This document shows positions 17,069 through 27,039 of a DNA stretch of 40,067 nucleotides, in pieces (positions within the stretch are counted from its first letter, which is position 1; each line of letters opens with the position of its first letter). The stretch covers positions 41,703 to 81,769 of the forward strand of contig CAZLBP010000016.1 of the NCBI GenBank assembly GCA_964557855.1, written 5' to 3'. A program made the position numbers and the translations under genes. Below the pieces are notes generated by a model. That model had not been told where the DNA came from, made no database searches, and saw only the letters and a list, made by a program, of their open reading frames with translations. The DNA comes from an uncultured Ignavibacteriales bacterium (GTDB lineage Bacteria; Zixibacteria; MSB-5A5; GN15; FEB-12).

Positions 17069-19363
17069 TTGCCGGAGAAGAACAACAACGGAGCGCCTCA
17101 GCAAGAGGCCGCGTTCGCGCGCGATCTGGGGCTGTTCGATGCCACCATGATCGGGGTCGGCGCGATGATCGGCGCCGGCATTTTCGTGCTGACCGGGATC
17201 GCCGCCGGCGAGGCCGGCCCGGCCTCGCTGCTGGCCTTCGCACTCAACGGCGTCGTGACTCTCCTGACCGCCTTCGCCTATGCCGAACTGGCCTCGGCCA
17301 TTCCCCGCGCCGGGGGCGGCTACTCGTTCGTCCGTATGGCCTACCCCGGAGCGATCGGGTTCGTGGCCGGGTGGATGCTCTGGTTCGCCTATACCGTAGC
17401 CTGCAGTCTCTATGCGCTCGGCTTTGCGGGTTACTTCTGGGAGTTCTTCCTCAAATACATTCCGGGGCTGAGCGGCTTTGTGTTCAACATCGTCGGACAT
17501 CATTTTGCTGTTCTTGGCGTGACGGTTCTGATTGGTCTTGCTTTCATAAGACTGAACGTCCGCGGCGCCGAGGTGACCGGCAAGACCGAAAACGCCCTGA
17601 CCCTTTCCAAGATCGCCGTGCTGGGCATCTTTATTTTTTACGGCCTGCGCAAGATATTCGAGACGCCCACACAGACAGCCGAGAGCTTCACGCCGTTCTT
17701 TCCCGAGGGCATGGGGGGCGTGCTGATCGCCATGGGGTTGACCTTTATCGCCTTCGAAGGATATGATCTGATCGCCACCGTCGCCGAGGAAATCAAAGAA
17801 CCCGAAAAGAACATCCCCCGCGCAACTTTCATAGCCCTCGGCATAACGATGATAATGTACATGTTTATCCTGTTCGTCTCACTGGGTGCAGTATCGGCCG
17901 GGGATAAGCCGTCGTGGCAGTTCCTGGGTGAATTCAAAGAAACGGCTATCGTGCGGGCCGCCGAAGATTTCATGCCCGCCATCGGCGTGGCCGTGATCGT
18001 ATTCGGCGGCCTGCTGTCGACCACGTCGGCGCTGAATGCGACGGTGATGGCCGCCTCTCGAGTCGCGTTTTCGATGGGGCGGGACCAGTGGCTGCCCAAA
18101 CCAATTGGGCGCATCCATGCCGTGCGCCATACTCCACACGTCGCCATTGTGGCAACGGGAGCGATCTTACTAGTCATGGCCGTGACGTTGCCTATCGAAG
18201 CGGTGGGGTCGGCAGCCAGTCTTATGTTTCTGTTGACCTTCGCTATGGTTAATCTGTCGGTGATTGTTCTGCGTCGCAAGTATCCCGATATTCCGCGGCG
18301 CTATCGCGTCCCGTTCTATCCGGTGGTGCCGGCTCTCGGATTCGGACTGAATATCTTCCTGGCAGTCTACCAATTCAACTTCCAGCCGATTGCCTGGTAT
18401 GTCACCATCGGCTGGATAGCAGTCGGCCTATTTATCTATTTTGCTTACTCGGAAAAGCAGGCCGCACCGTTCAAACCGCAGGTGCTGTTGTCCCGTCAGA
18501 GCAGTGTCGCGGCCTCGGTGGATTCAGCTGTGCTGGTCCCTCTGCATAATCCGGATAACGTGGAAATCCTGCTGGATTTTGCTTACCCGATCGCCCGCGC
18601 CAGGGGCAGGAAACTGGTGGCAATTACCGTGGTGGTTGTGCCGCGACAGTTGCCGATCCACGACGGTCTGCGCATAGCTCACCACCGTGAGGCACTGTTG
18701 CGAAAGGCTCGCGAATATGCCTCGCAAAAGGGGTTCGAGATCGAAACGGAAGTCGTGATCGCGCATCACAGCCATGACGGCATTTTCTCGGCGGCGCGAC
18801 AGTTCAAGGCGGATGTGCTCGTCATGGGCTGGAAAGGACACTCCAATACGCGCGAACGTATTTTCGGGCAAGTGGCGGATCAGATTATCCGCCATGCGCC
18901 GTGTGATCTGTTGCTATTGAAGATCGGCGAGAAACGAACGTTTGAAACCTGTCTGTTTCCGACCTCGGGCGGACCGCACGCTAAACTGGCGGCGTTCATG
19001 CTTGACGAACTGGCGGCGGCACATGATATGAAAGTGACAACGGCCTATGTTGTACCGGAAGGGGCCACTGACGAGCAGCGCGAAACGGGAATGCATTGGA
19101 TCGATGAGACGTTGTCACACGTACAGCACCACGACAAATTCGAGAAGGACTTGATTGAATCGCGTTCCGTTGCCGGCGGGCTGGCGCTGGCCAGTCGCGG
19201 GTTCGATCTGCTGGTGATCGGCGCCGCCAAAGAACCGTTTTTCCGGAAAGTGCTGTTTGGCGAGATCCCCGAGAAGGTCGCGCGGTTCTCACCGACCTCC
19301 GTATTGGTCGTGAAGCAGCACGAGGGTCACATGAAGTCGTTGTTAAAGAGGGCGTTCGGGTAA
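17069..19363 (+). CDS. APC-family amino acid permease fused to two C-terminal universal stress protein (UspA) domains
   Basis: The N-terminal ~470 aa carry 12 predicted TM helices with APC motifs (GAMIGAGIFVLTG). The C-terminal region carries two Usp-like alpha/beta modules (VLVMGWKGHSNTRERIFGQVADQIIRHAPCDLLL; FDLLVIGAAKEP...VARFSPTSVLVVK). TTG start. Confidence 0.8.
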   Translation: MPEKNNNGAPQQEAAFARDLGLFDATMIGVGAMIGAGIFVLTGIAAGEAGPASLLAFALNGVVTLLTAFAYAELASAIPRAGGGYSFVRMAYPGAIGFVAGWMLWFAYTVACSLYALGFAGYFWEFFLKYIPGLSGFVFNIVGHHFAVLGVTVLIGLAFIRLNVRGAEVTGKTENALTLSKIAVLGIFIFYGLRKIFETPTQTAESFTPFFPEGMGGVLIAMGLTFIAFEGYDLIATVAEEIKEPEKNIPRATFIALGITMIMYMFILFVSLGAVSAGDKPSWQFLGEFKETAIVRAAEDFMPAIGVAVIVFGGLLSTTSALNATVMAASRVAFSMGRDQWLPKPIGRIHAVRHTPHVAIVATGAILLVMAVTLPIEAVGSAASLMFLLTFAMVNLSVIVLRRKYPDIPRRYRVPFYPVVPALGFGLNIFLAVYQFNFQPIAWYVTIGWIAVGLFIYFAYSEKQAAPFKPQVLLSRQSSVAASVDSAVLVPLHNPDNVEILLDFAYPIARARGRKLVAITVVVVPRQLPIHDGLRIAHHREALLRKAREYASQKGFEIETEVVIAHHSHDGIFSAARQFKADVLVMGWKGHSNTRERIFGQVADQIIRHAPCDLLLLKIGEKRTFETCLFPTSGGPHAKLAAFMLDELAAAHDMKVTTAYVVPEGATDEQRETGMHWIDETLSHVQHHDKFEKDLIESRSVAGGLALASRGFDLLVIGAAKEPFFRKVLFGEIPEKVARFSPTSVLVVKQHEGHMKSLLKRAFG

Positions 19364-19375
19364 GAAATCGCCCGG

Positions 19376-19876
19376 CTATTCCATAGCTTTAATAGCGCGG
19401 ATCACTTCGCCGGGGGACTGAACGGACATCAGTTCCTCGCGGAATGATTCGTATCGGAGCATTTCGACGAGGGCTTTGAAGACTTTAAGATAGAGGGTGT
19501 CATCGTAGGGCGGGGCAGCCATGACAAAAAAGAGATGAACCGGTTTATTATCGGGAGCGTCGAAATCATATCCTTTGGTCGATCGCGCAAAAGCAATCAT
19601 AAACTCGGTAGCATGTTTGGATCGGATGTGGGGAAAAGCGATGCCGTCGCCGATGGCCGTCGTCGCCTTCTTTTCGCGATTGATGAAATCGATCAGCAGT
19701 TTGTTGCGATTGCCGACTCGGAAATGTTTATCCAGCAAGTCGACCAGTTCGCTCAATATTTCTTTTTTGGCATCCTCACGCCGACGTTCGACGGACTCAT
19801 CTTCCTCGGGCGGATCGATTTCCGTGGACATTTCCAGTTGGATCAATGATTCTTTTATGTAGCGCGATATGTTCAT
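19376..19876 (-). CDS. ptsN: PTS EIIA (Fru/Ntr type, PtsN-like) regulatory protein
   Basis: The EIIA-2 active-site region IGDGIAFPHIRS contains the phospho-His context (G-I-A-x-P-H). Length 166 aa. Confidence 0.7.
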   Translation of the reverse strand: MNISRYIKESLIQLEMSTEIDPPEEDESVERRREDAKKEILSELVDLLDKHFRVGNRNKLLIDFINREKKATTAIGDGIAFPHIRSKHATEFMIAFARSTKGYDFDAPDNKPVHLFFVMAAPPYDDTLYLKVFKALVEMLRYESFREELMSVQSPGEVIRAIKAME

Positions 19877-20160
19877 ATTGTTGGTGTCGGTCCATTACTG
19901 ATTCGATTTTAGGGACAAGTATAGATTTGATTCGGCTGGTTTGTCAATAGATAGAAAGGGGTGCGCAAAGAAAAGTGCGCCAGCCTAACTTATTTGTTTA
20001 TAATATGTTACTTCACAGGACCGAGACTGTTGCCCCGCTCTTTTCTTGACTTGAGAACCTTTTGGAACTACCTTTTTACAAAGAAAAATGGTGTGGTGCG
20101 GTCTTTGACTTTGACCGCAAATGACGACAAGTAGAGTAAATAAGGAGATACACAGCCTTA

Positions 20161-22002
20161 GTGGTAACATTTGCAGACGTTAAGCGAACTCACACATGCG
20201 GCGAGTTGCGCCGCGAACATGTGGGAGAAACGGTCAGTCTCAATGGTTGGGTCAACAGCTACCGCAATCTGGGCGGCTTGTTTTTTATGGACCTGCGGGA
20301 TCGCTATGGCCTCACGCAGGTTGTAATCAACCCCGAGTCGGTGGACAAGGCCGTCCTGGACGAAGCCAACCGTGCCCGCCACGAATATGTAGTGGCGGTA
20401 GTCGGTGAAGTACAGGACCGGCCGGACGGAACGGTCAATCCGAGGCTTGATACGGGCGAAATCGAAGTCAACGCGCAAGAGTGCTATATTCTGGCCGAGT
20501 CAAAAACACCGCCGTTCGAGATAGAAGACGAAACGAATGCCAGTGAGAAGCTGCGCCTGGAGTATCGCTACCTGGATCTGCGCCGCAAACCGCTGCAGGA
20601 GCGAATACGGTTTCGGCACGAGGCGACGATGGCGATCCGCAACAATATGAGCGGCCAGGGTTTTTATGAAATCGAAACACCGCTGCTGATCCGCTCCACA
20701 CCGGAGGGTGCTCGTGACTACGTGGTGCCGAGCCGGGTGTCAAAGGGTAAATTCTATGCGCTGCCCCAGTCACCACAATTACTGAAACAAATCCTGATGG
20801 TCTCCGGATTCGACAAGTACTTCCAGGTTGCCCGCTGCTTGCGTGACGAAGATCTTCGCTCCGATCGGCAGCCGGAACACACACAGATCGATGTCGAGAT
20901 GTCTTTTGCGACTCCCGATGACGTGTTTGCGGTCGTGGAACGGCTCATGGTTGATCTTTTCCGAACGACGCTGGATGTCCAATTGGAGACCCCGTTTCCG
21001 CGTATAACGTTCCAGGAAGCTATGAACCGATGGGGAATAGACAAACCGGACATCCGCTTCGGGATGGAGATTGTCGATCTCACGGAGACCGTTCGAGGCT
21101 GTGACTTCAAAGTGTTCGCCGACAACGTCAAATCCGGCGGTGTCGTTAAGGGCATTGTGCTCAAAGGCGGCGGGACAATGTCCAGAAAACAAATCGACAG
21201 CCTTACCGATGTTGCCAGGCAAGCCGGAGCGGGAGGCCTGGCATATGTTCTGCGTGCAGAGTCCGGTGACAAGTCGCCCATATTGAAATTCATCGGCGAG
21301 GAAGTGAAGGACACTTTGTGTGGCAAATCGGGCGCCGAGGTTGGGGATGCGCTGCTTATCATCTCTGACAGGGCTCTGAAGACGGAGTCGATACTGGGCC
21401 AAGTGCGGCTGTATCTGGGCCGTGAACAAAACCTGATTCAGCGAGGAGAGTGGCGGTTTCTATGGATTACGGAGTTTCCCTTGTTCGAATACGAAGAGGA
21501 GACCGGCACATTGCAGGCAGCCCACAACATCGTTTCACACCCGATGGATGAGGATATTCCGCTGGTGGAAGCCGGATTCCATTCGGAGTTGCCTCTGGCC
21601 GATCCGAATCATCCGTGGCGCAAGGCCCGAGCCAAGCAATATGATCTGGTACTGAACGGGTGGGAGATGGGCTCAGGCGGCCAACGTAACAACCGGAGAG
21701 ATTTGCAGGAAAAGATACTCAATATTCTGGGCATCGACAAAGATCGCGCCGAACGCATGTTTGGGTTCTTGTTGCGGGCACTCGAATATGGTGCGCCGCC
21801 GCATGCCGGCATAGCGCTGGGGTTGGATCGATTGATGGCGTTGATGACCGGCAGCGATATGATTCGGGATGTAATTGCTTTTCCCAAGACCACCAACGCC
21901 TTGTCGCTGATGGACGGTTCGCCTTCGGAGATCGATCCGGCGCAACTGGCCGAGCTGGGGCTGGAACTAAGAAAGGAAGCCGAGGTCCATACACAGGTAT
22001 GA
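20161..22002 (+). CDS. aspS: aspartate--tRNA ligase
   Basis: N-terminal RTHTCGELR anticodon-binding start. Class II motifs: FYEIETPLL (motif 1), QSPQLLKQILMVSGFDKYFQVARCLRDEDLRSDRQPEHTQID (motif 2), GAPPHAGIALGLDRLMAL (motif 3). Confidence 0.95.
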   Translation: MVTFADVKRTHTCGELRREHVGETVSLNGWVNSYRNLGGLFFMDLRDRYGLTQVVINPESVDKAVLDEANRARHEYVVAVVGEVQDRPDGTVNPRLDTGEIEVNAQECYILAESKTPPFEIEDETNASEKLRLEYRYLDLRRKPLQERIRFRHEATMAIRNNMSGQGFYEIETPLLIRSTPEGARDYVVPSRVSKGKFYALPQSPQLLKQILMVSGFDKYFQVARCLRDEDLRSDRQPEHTQIDVEMSFATPDDVFAVVERLMVDLFRTTLDVQLETPFPRITFQEAMNRWGIDKPDIRFGMEIVDLTETVRGCDFKVFADNVKSGGVVKGIVLKGGGTMSRKQIDSLTDVARQAGAGGLAYVLRAESGDKSPILKFIGEEVKDTLCGKSGAEVGDALLIISDRALKTESILGQVRLYLGREQNLIQRGEWRFLWITEFPLFEYEEETGTLQAAHNIVSHPMDEDIPLVEAGFHSELPLADPNHPWRKARAKQYDLVLNGWEMGSGGQRNNRRDLQEKILNILGIDKDRAERMFGFLLRALEYGAPPHAGIALGLDRLMALMTGSDMIRDVIAFPKTTNALSLMDGSPSEIDPAQLAELGLELRKEAEVHTQV

Positions 22003-22982
22003 GCGTAGACAGTGAGCAGCACGTGGTCCGGTTGTTTTCCGTCGAGGGACTCGATCAGCGCCTTCTATACGGTCAAAATGACCTGTTCCTGAAAGTAATC
22101 GAGGCCAGCCTGGGCGGCCATATCGTGGCCCGCGGCGACAAGATTCAGGTGGCCGGTCCGCCGGAAACGGTCGAACAAATCTTCCGGCTGTTTAATGACA
22201 TGATTACACGAATCAAACAGGGTAATTTCATCACCGAGCAGTACCTGACTTACGCCATTGCCATGATCAAGGAAAACGGTCTCGGCCCGGCCGACTCGAT
22301 TTCGACCCAGAGCTTGCTGACAAGCTCGCTCAAAAAAGAGATCAAACCGAAGACTATCGGTCAGACGAAGTACGTCGAAGCGGTCGAGAGAAACGATGTC
22401 GTATTCGCGATCGGTCCGGCCGGCACGGGCAAGACATACCTGGGGGTGGCGATGGCCGTGGCCGAGTTAAGGGCCGATCAGGTGCGCCGTATCGTCTTCA
22501 CCCGTCCGGCGGTTGAAGCCGGCGAATCTCTCGGTTTTCTGCCGGGGGATATTCGGGCCAAAGTTGATCCCTACCTGCGACCGATATACGATGCGCTGTA
22601 TGATATGCTGCAGCCGGACAAAATACGCAAGCTGGTCGATATGGGGGTGATCGAAATTGCGCCCCTGGCGTTTATGCGCGGGCGCACGCTTAACGATGCC
22701 TTCATAGTTCTCGACGAAGCTCAGAATACGTCGAGTGCGCAGATGAAAATGCTGCTGACCAGAATCGGCGAGGGCTCCAAAGCGGTCATCACCGGAGACA
22801 TTACCCAAATCGATCTGGAGGATCGCCGCAAGTCGGGTTTGATTATCGTGCAGAAGATACTGAAGCATATTCCCGGTATCGAGTATGTTTTCCTGACGGA
22901 CAAGGATGTGATTCGTCACCGTCTGGTCCAGGATATCATCAAAGCCTACGAAGTCTACGAAAAGCCCGGGCGGAAGCACTAG
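21999..22982 (+). CDS. phoH: PhoH-family ATPase (PhoH/YbeZ)
   Basis: Walker A AIGPAGTGKTY and the PhoH core RIVFTRPAVEAGESLGFLPGD. 4-nt overlap with aspS. Confidence 0.9.
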   Translation: MSVDSEQHVVRLFSVEGLDQRLLYGQNDLFLKVIEASLGGHIVARGDKIQVAGPPETVEQIFRLFNDMITRIKQGNFITEQYLTYAIAMIKENGLGPADSISTQSLLTSSLKKEIKPKTIGQTKYVEAVERNDVVFAIGPAGTGKTYLGVAMAVAELRADQVRRIVFTRPAVEAGESLGFLPGDIRAKVDPYLRPIYDALYDMLQPDKIRKLVDMGVIEIAPLAFMRGRTLNDAFIVLDEAQNTSSAQMKMLLTRIGEGSKAVITGDITQIDLEDRRKSGLIIVQKILKHIPGIEYVFLTDKDVIRHRLVQDIIKAYEVYEKPGRKH

Positions 22983-22999
22983 AAGGGTACAGGCTCATT

Positions 23000-25243
23000 A
23001 TGTTCTCTGCTCTGTTAAGACTGAAACGGGCGATTAAGCGCATTCTGAAAGTTCAGAGTGAAAGCCGTCAGAGGATGGTAATCACTCCACGCTCCCGAAC
23101 TCTCAAGATCCTCATGCTGATAGGGTTCTCGCTGCTGATCGGCATCTTCTATCCGGGTGAAGACTTGTATGATCCGTTCGATGTGCCTCGACGGGGCGAG
23201 ATCGCTCTGGAAGATATCGTTGCACCTTTCCAGATTACCGTGTTGAAGACGGAACGCGAAATTGAGGACGAACAGGATATCGTACGTCTCACGGTACCCC
23301 ATATCATTGATTACGATTCAACGGCGGTCGAGAATGCCTATCGGAATATGGCCCGGTTTTTTAGCCTCGTCGACTCGCTGGCCGGCGACAGCACTGTGCC
23401 GTCTCAGGAAGAGCCGTTGATCGACTCCATATCCCGGCGATTCCCGGTGTTGAGTCGCGACGCTATCAGACAGTCCTTGCGGCGGGATGATCTGGCCGAG
23501 GTGCACGAGAATCTGCAACGTGTCTACCGCAATGAGATCTACAAAGTCGGCGTGTTGCCGCTCAAGAATTCGTTGCCGCAGTCGGTCAATAAGAACGTGC
23601 TTATCCGGAGAGGAGAGAGAGAGAACATTTACTACAGAGACAAGATTCTCTATGTGGAACTGGCCAACGCTCATCTCTTAACGGCGCTGAATCGGTTGTA
23701 CATGAAGGAGTCGATCGACGTGGAATACTATTACCTGATCGGCCGTTCGTTCATCCTGCCCAATCTCCGCGTGAACATGGCGGAGTACAATCGGCGTCTC
23801 CGGGAAGAACTGGATCAGATCTCACCTATCAGTGAGATAGTGAAGGAAGGCGATGTAATTGTCCGTGCCGGGAACAAAATCAATGCGCGTCACGAACGGG
23901 TGTTGGGAGAAATGGCCCATATGCAGCGCGTCCGGGCGGCGCAGAAGGGCTGGTATCTTGATCTGCTGCCGGCTCTGTCGCGGTTGTTACTCATTGGTTT
24001 GGGGTTTATCACCCTGTATCTGTTTCTTTATTACTACCGCCAAGAAATATACTTCTCCAATCCGAAATTGCTCGTGGTATTCCTGGTCTTTGCTTTCCAG
24101 CTGCTGTTTGTCTACATCGCGGGCAGTTGGGACATATCTCTTTTCCTCTATCCGGTGGCGTTCTTGGCCATCATGCTGACTATCTTGTTCGACGCCGAAA
24201 TAGGCATATTGGCTACTATTGTCCTGGCCCTTCTTCTGGGCATCATGCACCGGTTCAACTTCACGATTGTCTTCATGACGGTCGTGGTCGGCACGGTGGC
24301 GGGGTTTGCGTCTCGCAAAGTGCGGCGGCGCTCACACTTCTTCAGGATTATGCTGCTGACCATGCTAACCAGCGCGCTGTTCATTCTGCTGGTTGAGAAT
24401 TTGAAACTGACGCCGCCGACCGATCTGTTCACCGAGGTCGGATTCGGTCTGATCAGTGGTGTGGCGACCGTCCTTCTTGTGATCGGATTGCTGCCGGTGT
24501 TCGAGGCCCTCTTCGGCATTACGACCGACATTACGTTGTTGGAGCTGTCGGACCTCAATCACCCCCTTCTCAAGCGACTGGCGGTGGAGGCGCCGGGCAC
24601 CTATCAGCATTCGCTGATTGTCGGCAATCTCTCGGAGGCGGCGGCCAAGGCGATCGAGGCCAACTCGTTGCTGGCCCGGGTCGGCGCGTATTACCATGAT
24701 ATCGGCAAAATGGAAATACCGGAGTACTTTGTTGAGAATCAGCTCAGCATCAAATCCAAGCATGAATCGCTGACTCCTTCCATGTCCGCGTTGATCCTGT
24801 CGTCGCACGTCAAAAAGGGCCGGTTGCTGGGTGAAGCCGCCGATATACCGGATGATGTACTTAATTTCATCGAAGAGCATCATGGAACAATGGTGCAGAG
24901 CTATTTCTATGATAAAGCGGTGAAGGCGGGTGCGGATCCGGAAGAGATGGACAAATATCGTTATCCGGGGCCGCGGCCGCTGACCCGAGAGACCGGGATA
25001 GCCATGTTGGCCGACGCCGTCGAAGCGGCCAGCCGGACGCTGGAGCAGCCGACGGCGGCGAGGATTGATCATTTGATCCAGCGGATTATCAATGATCGCT
25101 TTCAATCGGGTGAACTGAACAGCTGTCCCCTGACTCTGCATGATCTGGCCAAGATCAAGCAAGCGTTTGCACAAGTGCTGATTGCCACCTTCCATCATCG
25201 CGTGGAATACCCCCGTAAACAAAAAGTGGGTGAGCTTGATTGA
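23000..25243 (+). CDS. 7TM-receptor-linked HD-GYP/HDIG phosphohydrolase (YqfF/PgpH-like, 7TMR-HDED)
   Basis: Central block of 7 TM helices followed by an HD domain (HSLIVGNL...YYHDIGKMEIPEYF). Conserved position between phoH and ybeY. Confidence 0.85.
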   Translation: MFSALLRLKRAIKRILKVQSESRQRMVITPRSRTLKILMLIGFSLLIGIFYPGEDLYDPFDVPRRGEIALEDIVAPFQITVLKTEREIEDEQDIVRLTVPHIIDYDSTAVENAYRNMARFFSLVDSLAGDSTVPSQEEPLIDSISRRFPVLSRDAIRQSLRRDDLAEVHENLQRVYRNEIYKVGVLPLKNSLPQSVNKNVLIRRGERENIYYRDKILYVELANAHLLTALNRLYMKESIDVEYYYLIGRSFILPNLRVNMAEYNRRLREELDQISPISEIVKEGDVIVRAGNKINARHERVLGEMAHMQRVRAAQKGWYLDLLPALSRLLLIGLGFITLYLFLYYYRQEIYFSNPKLLVVFLVFAFQLLFVYIAGSWDISLFLYPVAFLAIMLTILFDAEIGILATIVLALLLGIMHRFNFTIVFMTVVVGTVAGFASRKVRRRSHFFRIMLLTMLTSALFILLVENLKLTPPTDLFTEVGFGLISGVATVLLVIGLLPVFEALFGITTDITLLELSDLNHPLLKRLAVEAPGTYQHSLIVGNLSEAAAKAIEANSLLARVGAYYHDIGKMEIPEYFVENQLSIKSKHESLTPSMSALILSSHVKKGRLLGEAADIPDDVLNFIEEHHGTMVQSYFYDKAVKAGADPEEMDKYRYPGPRPLTRETGIAMLADAVEAASRTLEQPTAARIDHLIQRIINDRFQSGELNSCPLTLHDLAKIKQAFAQVLIATFHHRVEYPRKQKVGELD

Positions 25244-25680
25244 GACTCCACATTTACAAACAAAAGCCTCTGCGCATTCCGCGCAAGCAAGCCGAGTCTC
25301 TTTTCGACGCTGTCAGTGGAGAAGAGGCGGAGCCTGACCAAAACGGACGAGTGAACCTGATCCTGACCGATGATCGGAGTATCCGGTCGCTCAATAAACG
25401 GTTCCGCGGGATCGACAAACCGACCGATGTATTATCCTTCAATATCGATGAGCCGGTCGACCACGACAGTGTCTTCGGTGAGATCTACGTTTCAGTAGAC
25501 ACGGCCGTCAGACAGGCGCCCGAGTACGGCCTTTCTCCGGGGCAGGAGGTGTTGCGTCTCCTTTGTCACGGCCTGCTGCATCTGTTCGGATTTGACCATG
25601 AAAAAAGCGCCGAGGCCGGAAAAATGAGAGCTCGGGAACAGTATTATCTCGAGCCTTTCGGGATTGTTGAGAAGAAATGA
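25240..25680 (+). CDS. ybeY: rRNA maturation endoribonuclease YbeY
   Basis: Zn-binding motif HGLLHLFGFDHE. ~146 aa. Overlaps the upstream gene by 4 nt. Confidence 0.9.
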   Translation: MRLHIYKQKPLRIPRKQAESLFDAVSGEEAEPDQNGRVNLILTDDRSIRSLNKRFRGIDKPTDVLSFNIDEPVDHDSVFGEIYVSVDTAVRQAPEYGLSPGQEVLRLLCHGLLHLFGFDHEKSAEAGKMRAREQYYLEPFGIVEKK

Positions 25681-26936
25681 CGGAATTGGCGTATATCATA
25701 CTGGCCGTGATCGCGTACGGTACGGCTTACATCGTGTCGTTGTATTCGCTGGCGGTATATATCGATCCGGATGAAGTCGAGGTGCTGTTTCCCCAGATGT
25801 CCCGGTCGCGTAAGGGCTTCCTGAAGAAACTCGCGGGCGATCCCCGGGCGTTCGTACAGGTCGCTATTATCTATCGCTCCCTGGCGCTGGTGGTAATCAC
25901 CGTAGCGGCCTATCGGATGTTCAGCACGTATTTGGTTTTCAACGGTGTGCCGCACTGGCTTTTGCCGGCGGTGGGATTGGGAGTGGTGTGGATACTGTTC
26001 GTCGTCACGGTAGAATACCTGCCGCGACGGTCGTCCCGGACCGCTATCAATCAGCGCATGAGCCGACATCTGTGGGTGATTTCCGTTATTTACTTCTTCT
26101 TCTACCCGTTCGTGCGGTTGTTTCGTTCGCTGCTCCGGAAGGTAAACAGCGGAGACATGATCACCGAAGAGGAGAAAGAGGAGATCGTGGAGCGGGCGAT
26201 CGAGACTCTGGCCGATCAGGCCGGGATCAATGAGGCCATCGTGGAAGAAGAAGAGAAGGAGATGATCGGCCAGATTTTCCAGCTCGACCAGACGCTGGTC
26301 AAGGAAATCATGGTGCCGCGAATTAATGTTACCGCGATCGAGCACTCACTTTCTTTCAATGAGATACGCCGGCTCGTGTTGCAGGACGGGCACTCCCGCT
26401 ATCCGGTTTTCAGGGATTCGATCGACAATGTAATCGGGATGATCTATGTTAAGGATTTGTTCACGAATCTTCCCGAGCGGGGTGAAACCTTCGAGGTCAG
26501 CAAGTACCTGCGCGAGCCCTATTTCGTCCCCGAAACGAAGGTCATCGGAGAATTGCTCTCCGAGTTCAAGACGAAGCGGCTGCACATCGCCGTCGTTGTG
26601 GATGAATTCGGCGGCGTCTCCGGCATCGTAACCCTCGAGGATATCATCGAGGAGATATTCGGCGAGATTCAGGATGAGCACGACTGGGAGCAGGAGAACA
26701 TCTCGGTCATGTCGGACGGCAGTTATGTCGTCACTGCCGGCATGCTCGTCGAGGACTTGCAGGAGAAGCTCGAGACCGACTATGAACAGGGGGACTATGA
26801 CACCGTGGGCGGCCTGATCTATGATCTGGTAGGCTCCGTGCCGAAAGAAGGGCAGAAGATCAGGTGGCATGATATCGAGTTCGAGATTCAGCAGATCGAG
26901 GGTCAGCGGATTGCGACGGTAACGGTGCGGCGATAG
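25677..26936 (+). CDS. corC: CorC/TlyC (CNNM) family transporter-associated protein (DUF21-CBS pair-CorC_HlyC)
   Basis: Four N-terminal TM helices (DUF21), a CBS pair, and the C-terminal CorC_HlyC domain (SYVVTAGMLVEDLQEKL...IEFEIQQIEGQRIATVTV). Conserved ybeZ-ybeY-ybeX synteny. Confidence 0.85.
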   Translation: MTELAYIILAVIAYGTAYIVSLYSLAVYIDPDEVEVLFPQMSRSRKGFLKKLAGDPRAFVQVAIIYRSLALVVITVAAYRMFSTYLVFNGVPHWLLPAVGLGVVWILFVVTVEYLPRRSSRTAINQRMSRHLWVISVIYFFFYPFVRLFRSLLRKVNSGDMITEEEKEEIVERAIETLADQAGINEAIVEEEEKEMIGQIFQLDQTLVKEIMVPRINVTAIEHSLSFNEIRRLVLQDGHSRYPVFRDSIDNVIGMIYVKDLFTNLPERGETFEVSKYLREPYFVPETKVIGELLSEFKTKRLHIAVVVDEFGGVSGIVTLEDIIEEIFGEIQDEHDWEQENISVMSDGSYVVTAGMLVEDLQEKLETDYEQGDYDTVGGLIYDLVGSVPKEGQKIRWHDIEFEIQQIEGQRIATVTVRR

Positions 26937-27039
26937 CCGCCCGCCGGATAGGGTCGACTCGCGATGTTTCCAACACCAGCTAACTCAGGTACTCATGAGT
27001 CGGTTGGGTCAGGCTGAATCTCAGGACAAATCGGCCGCT

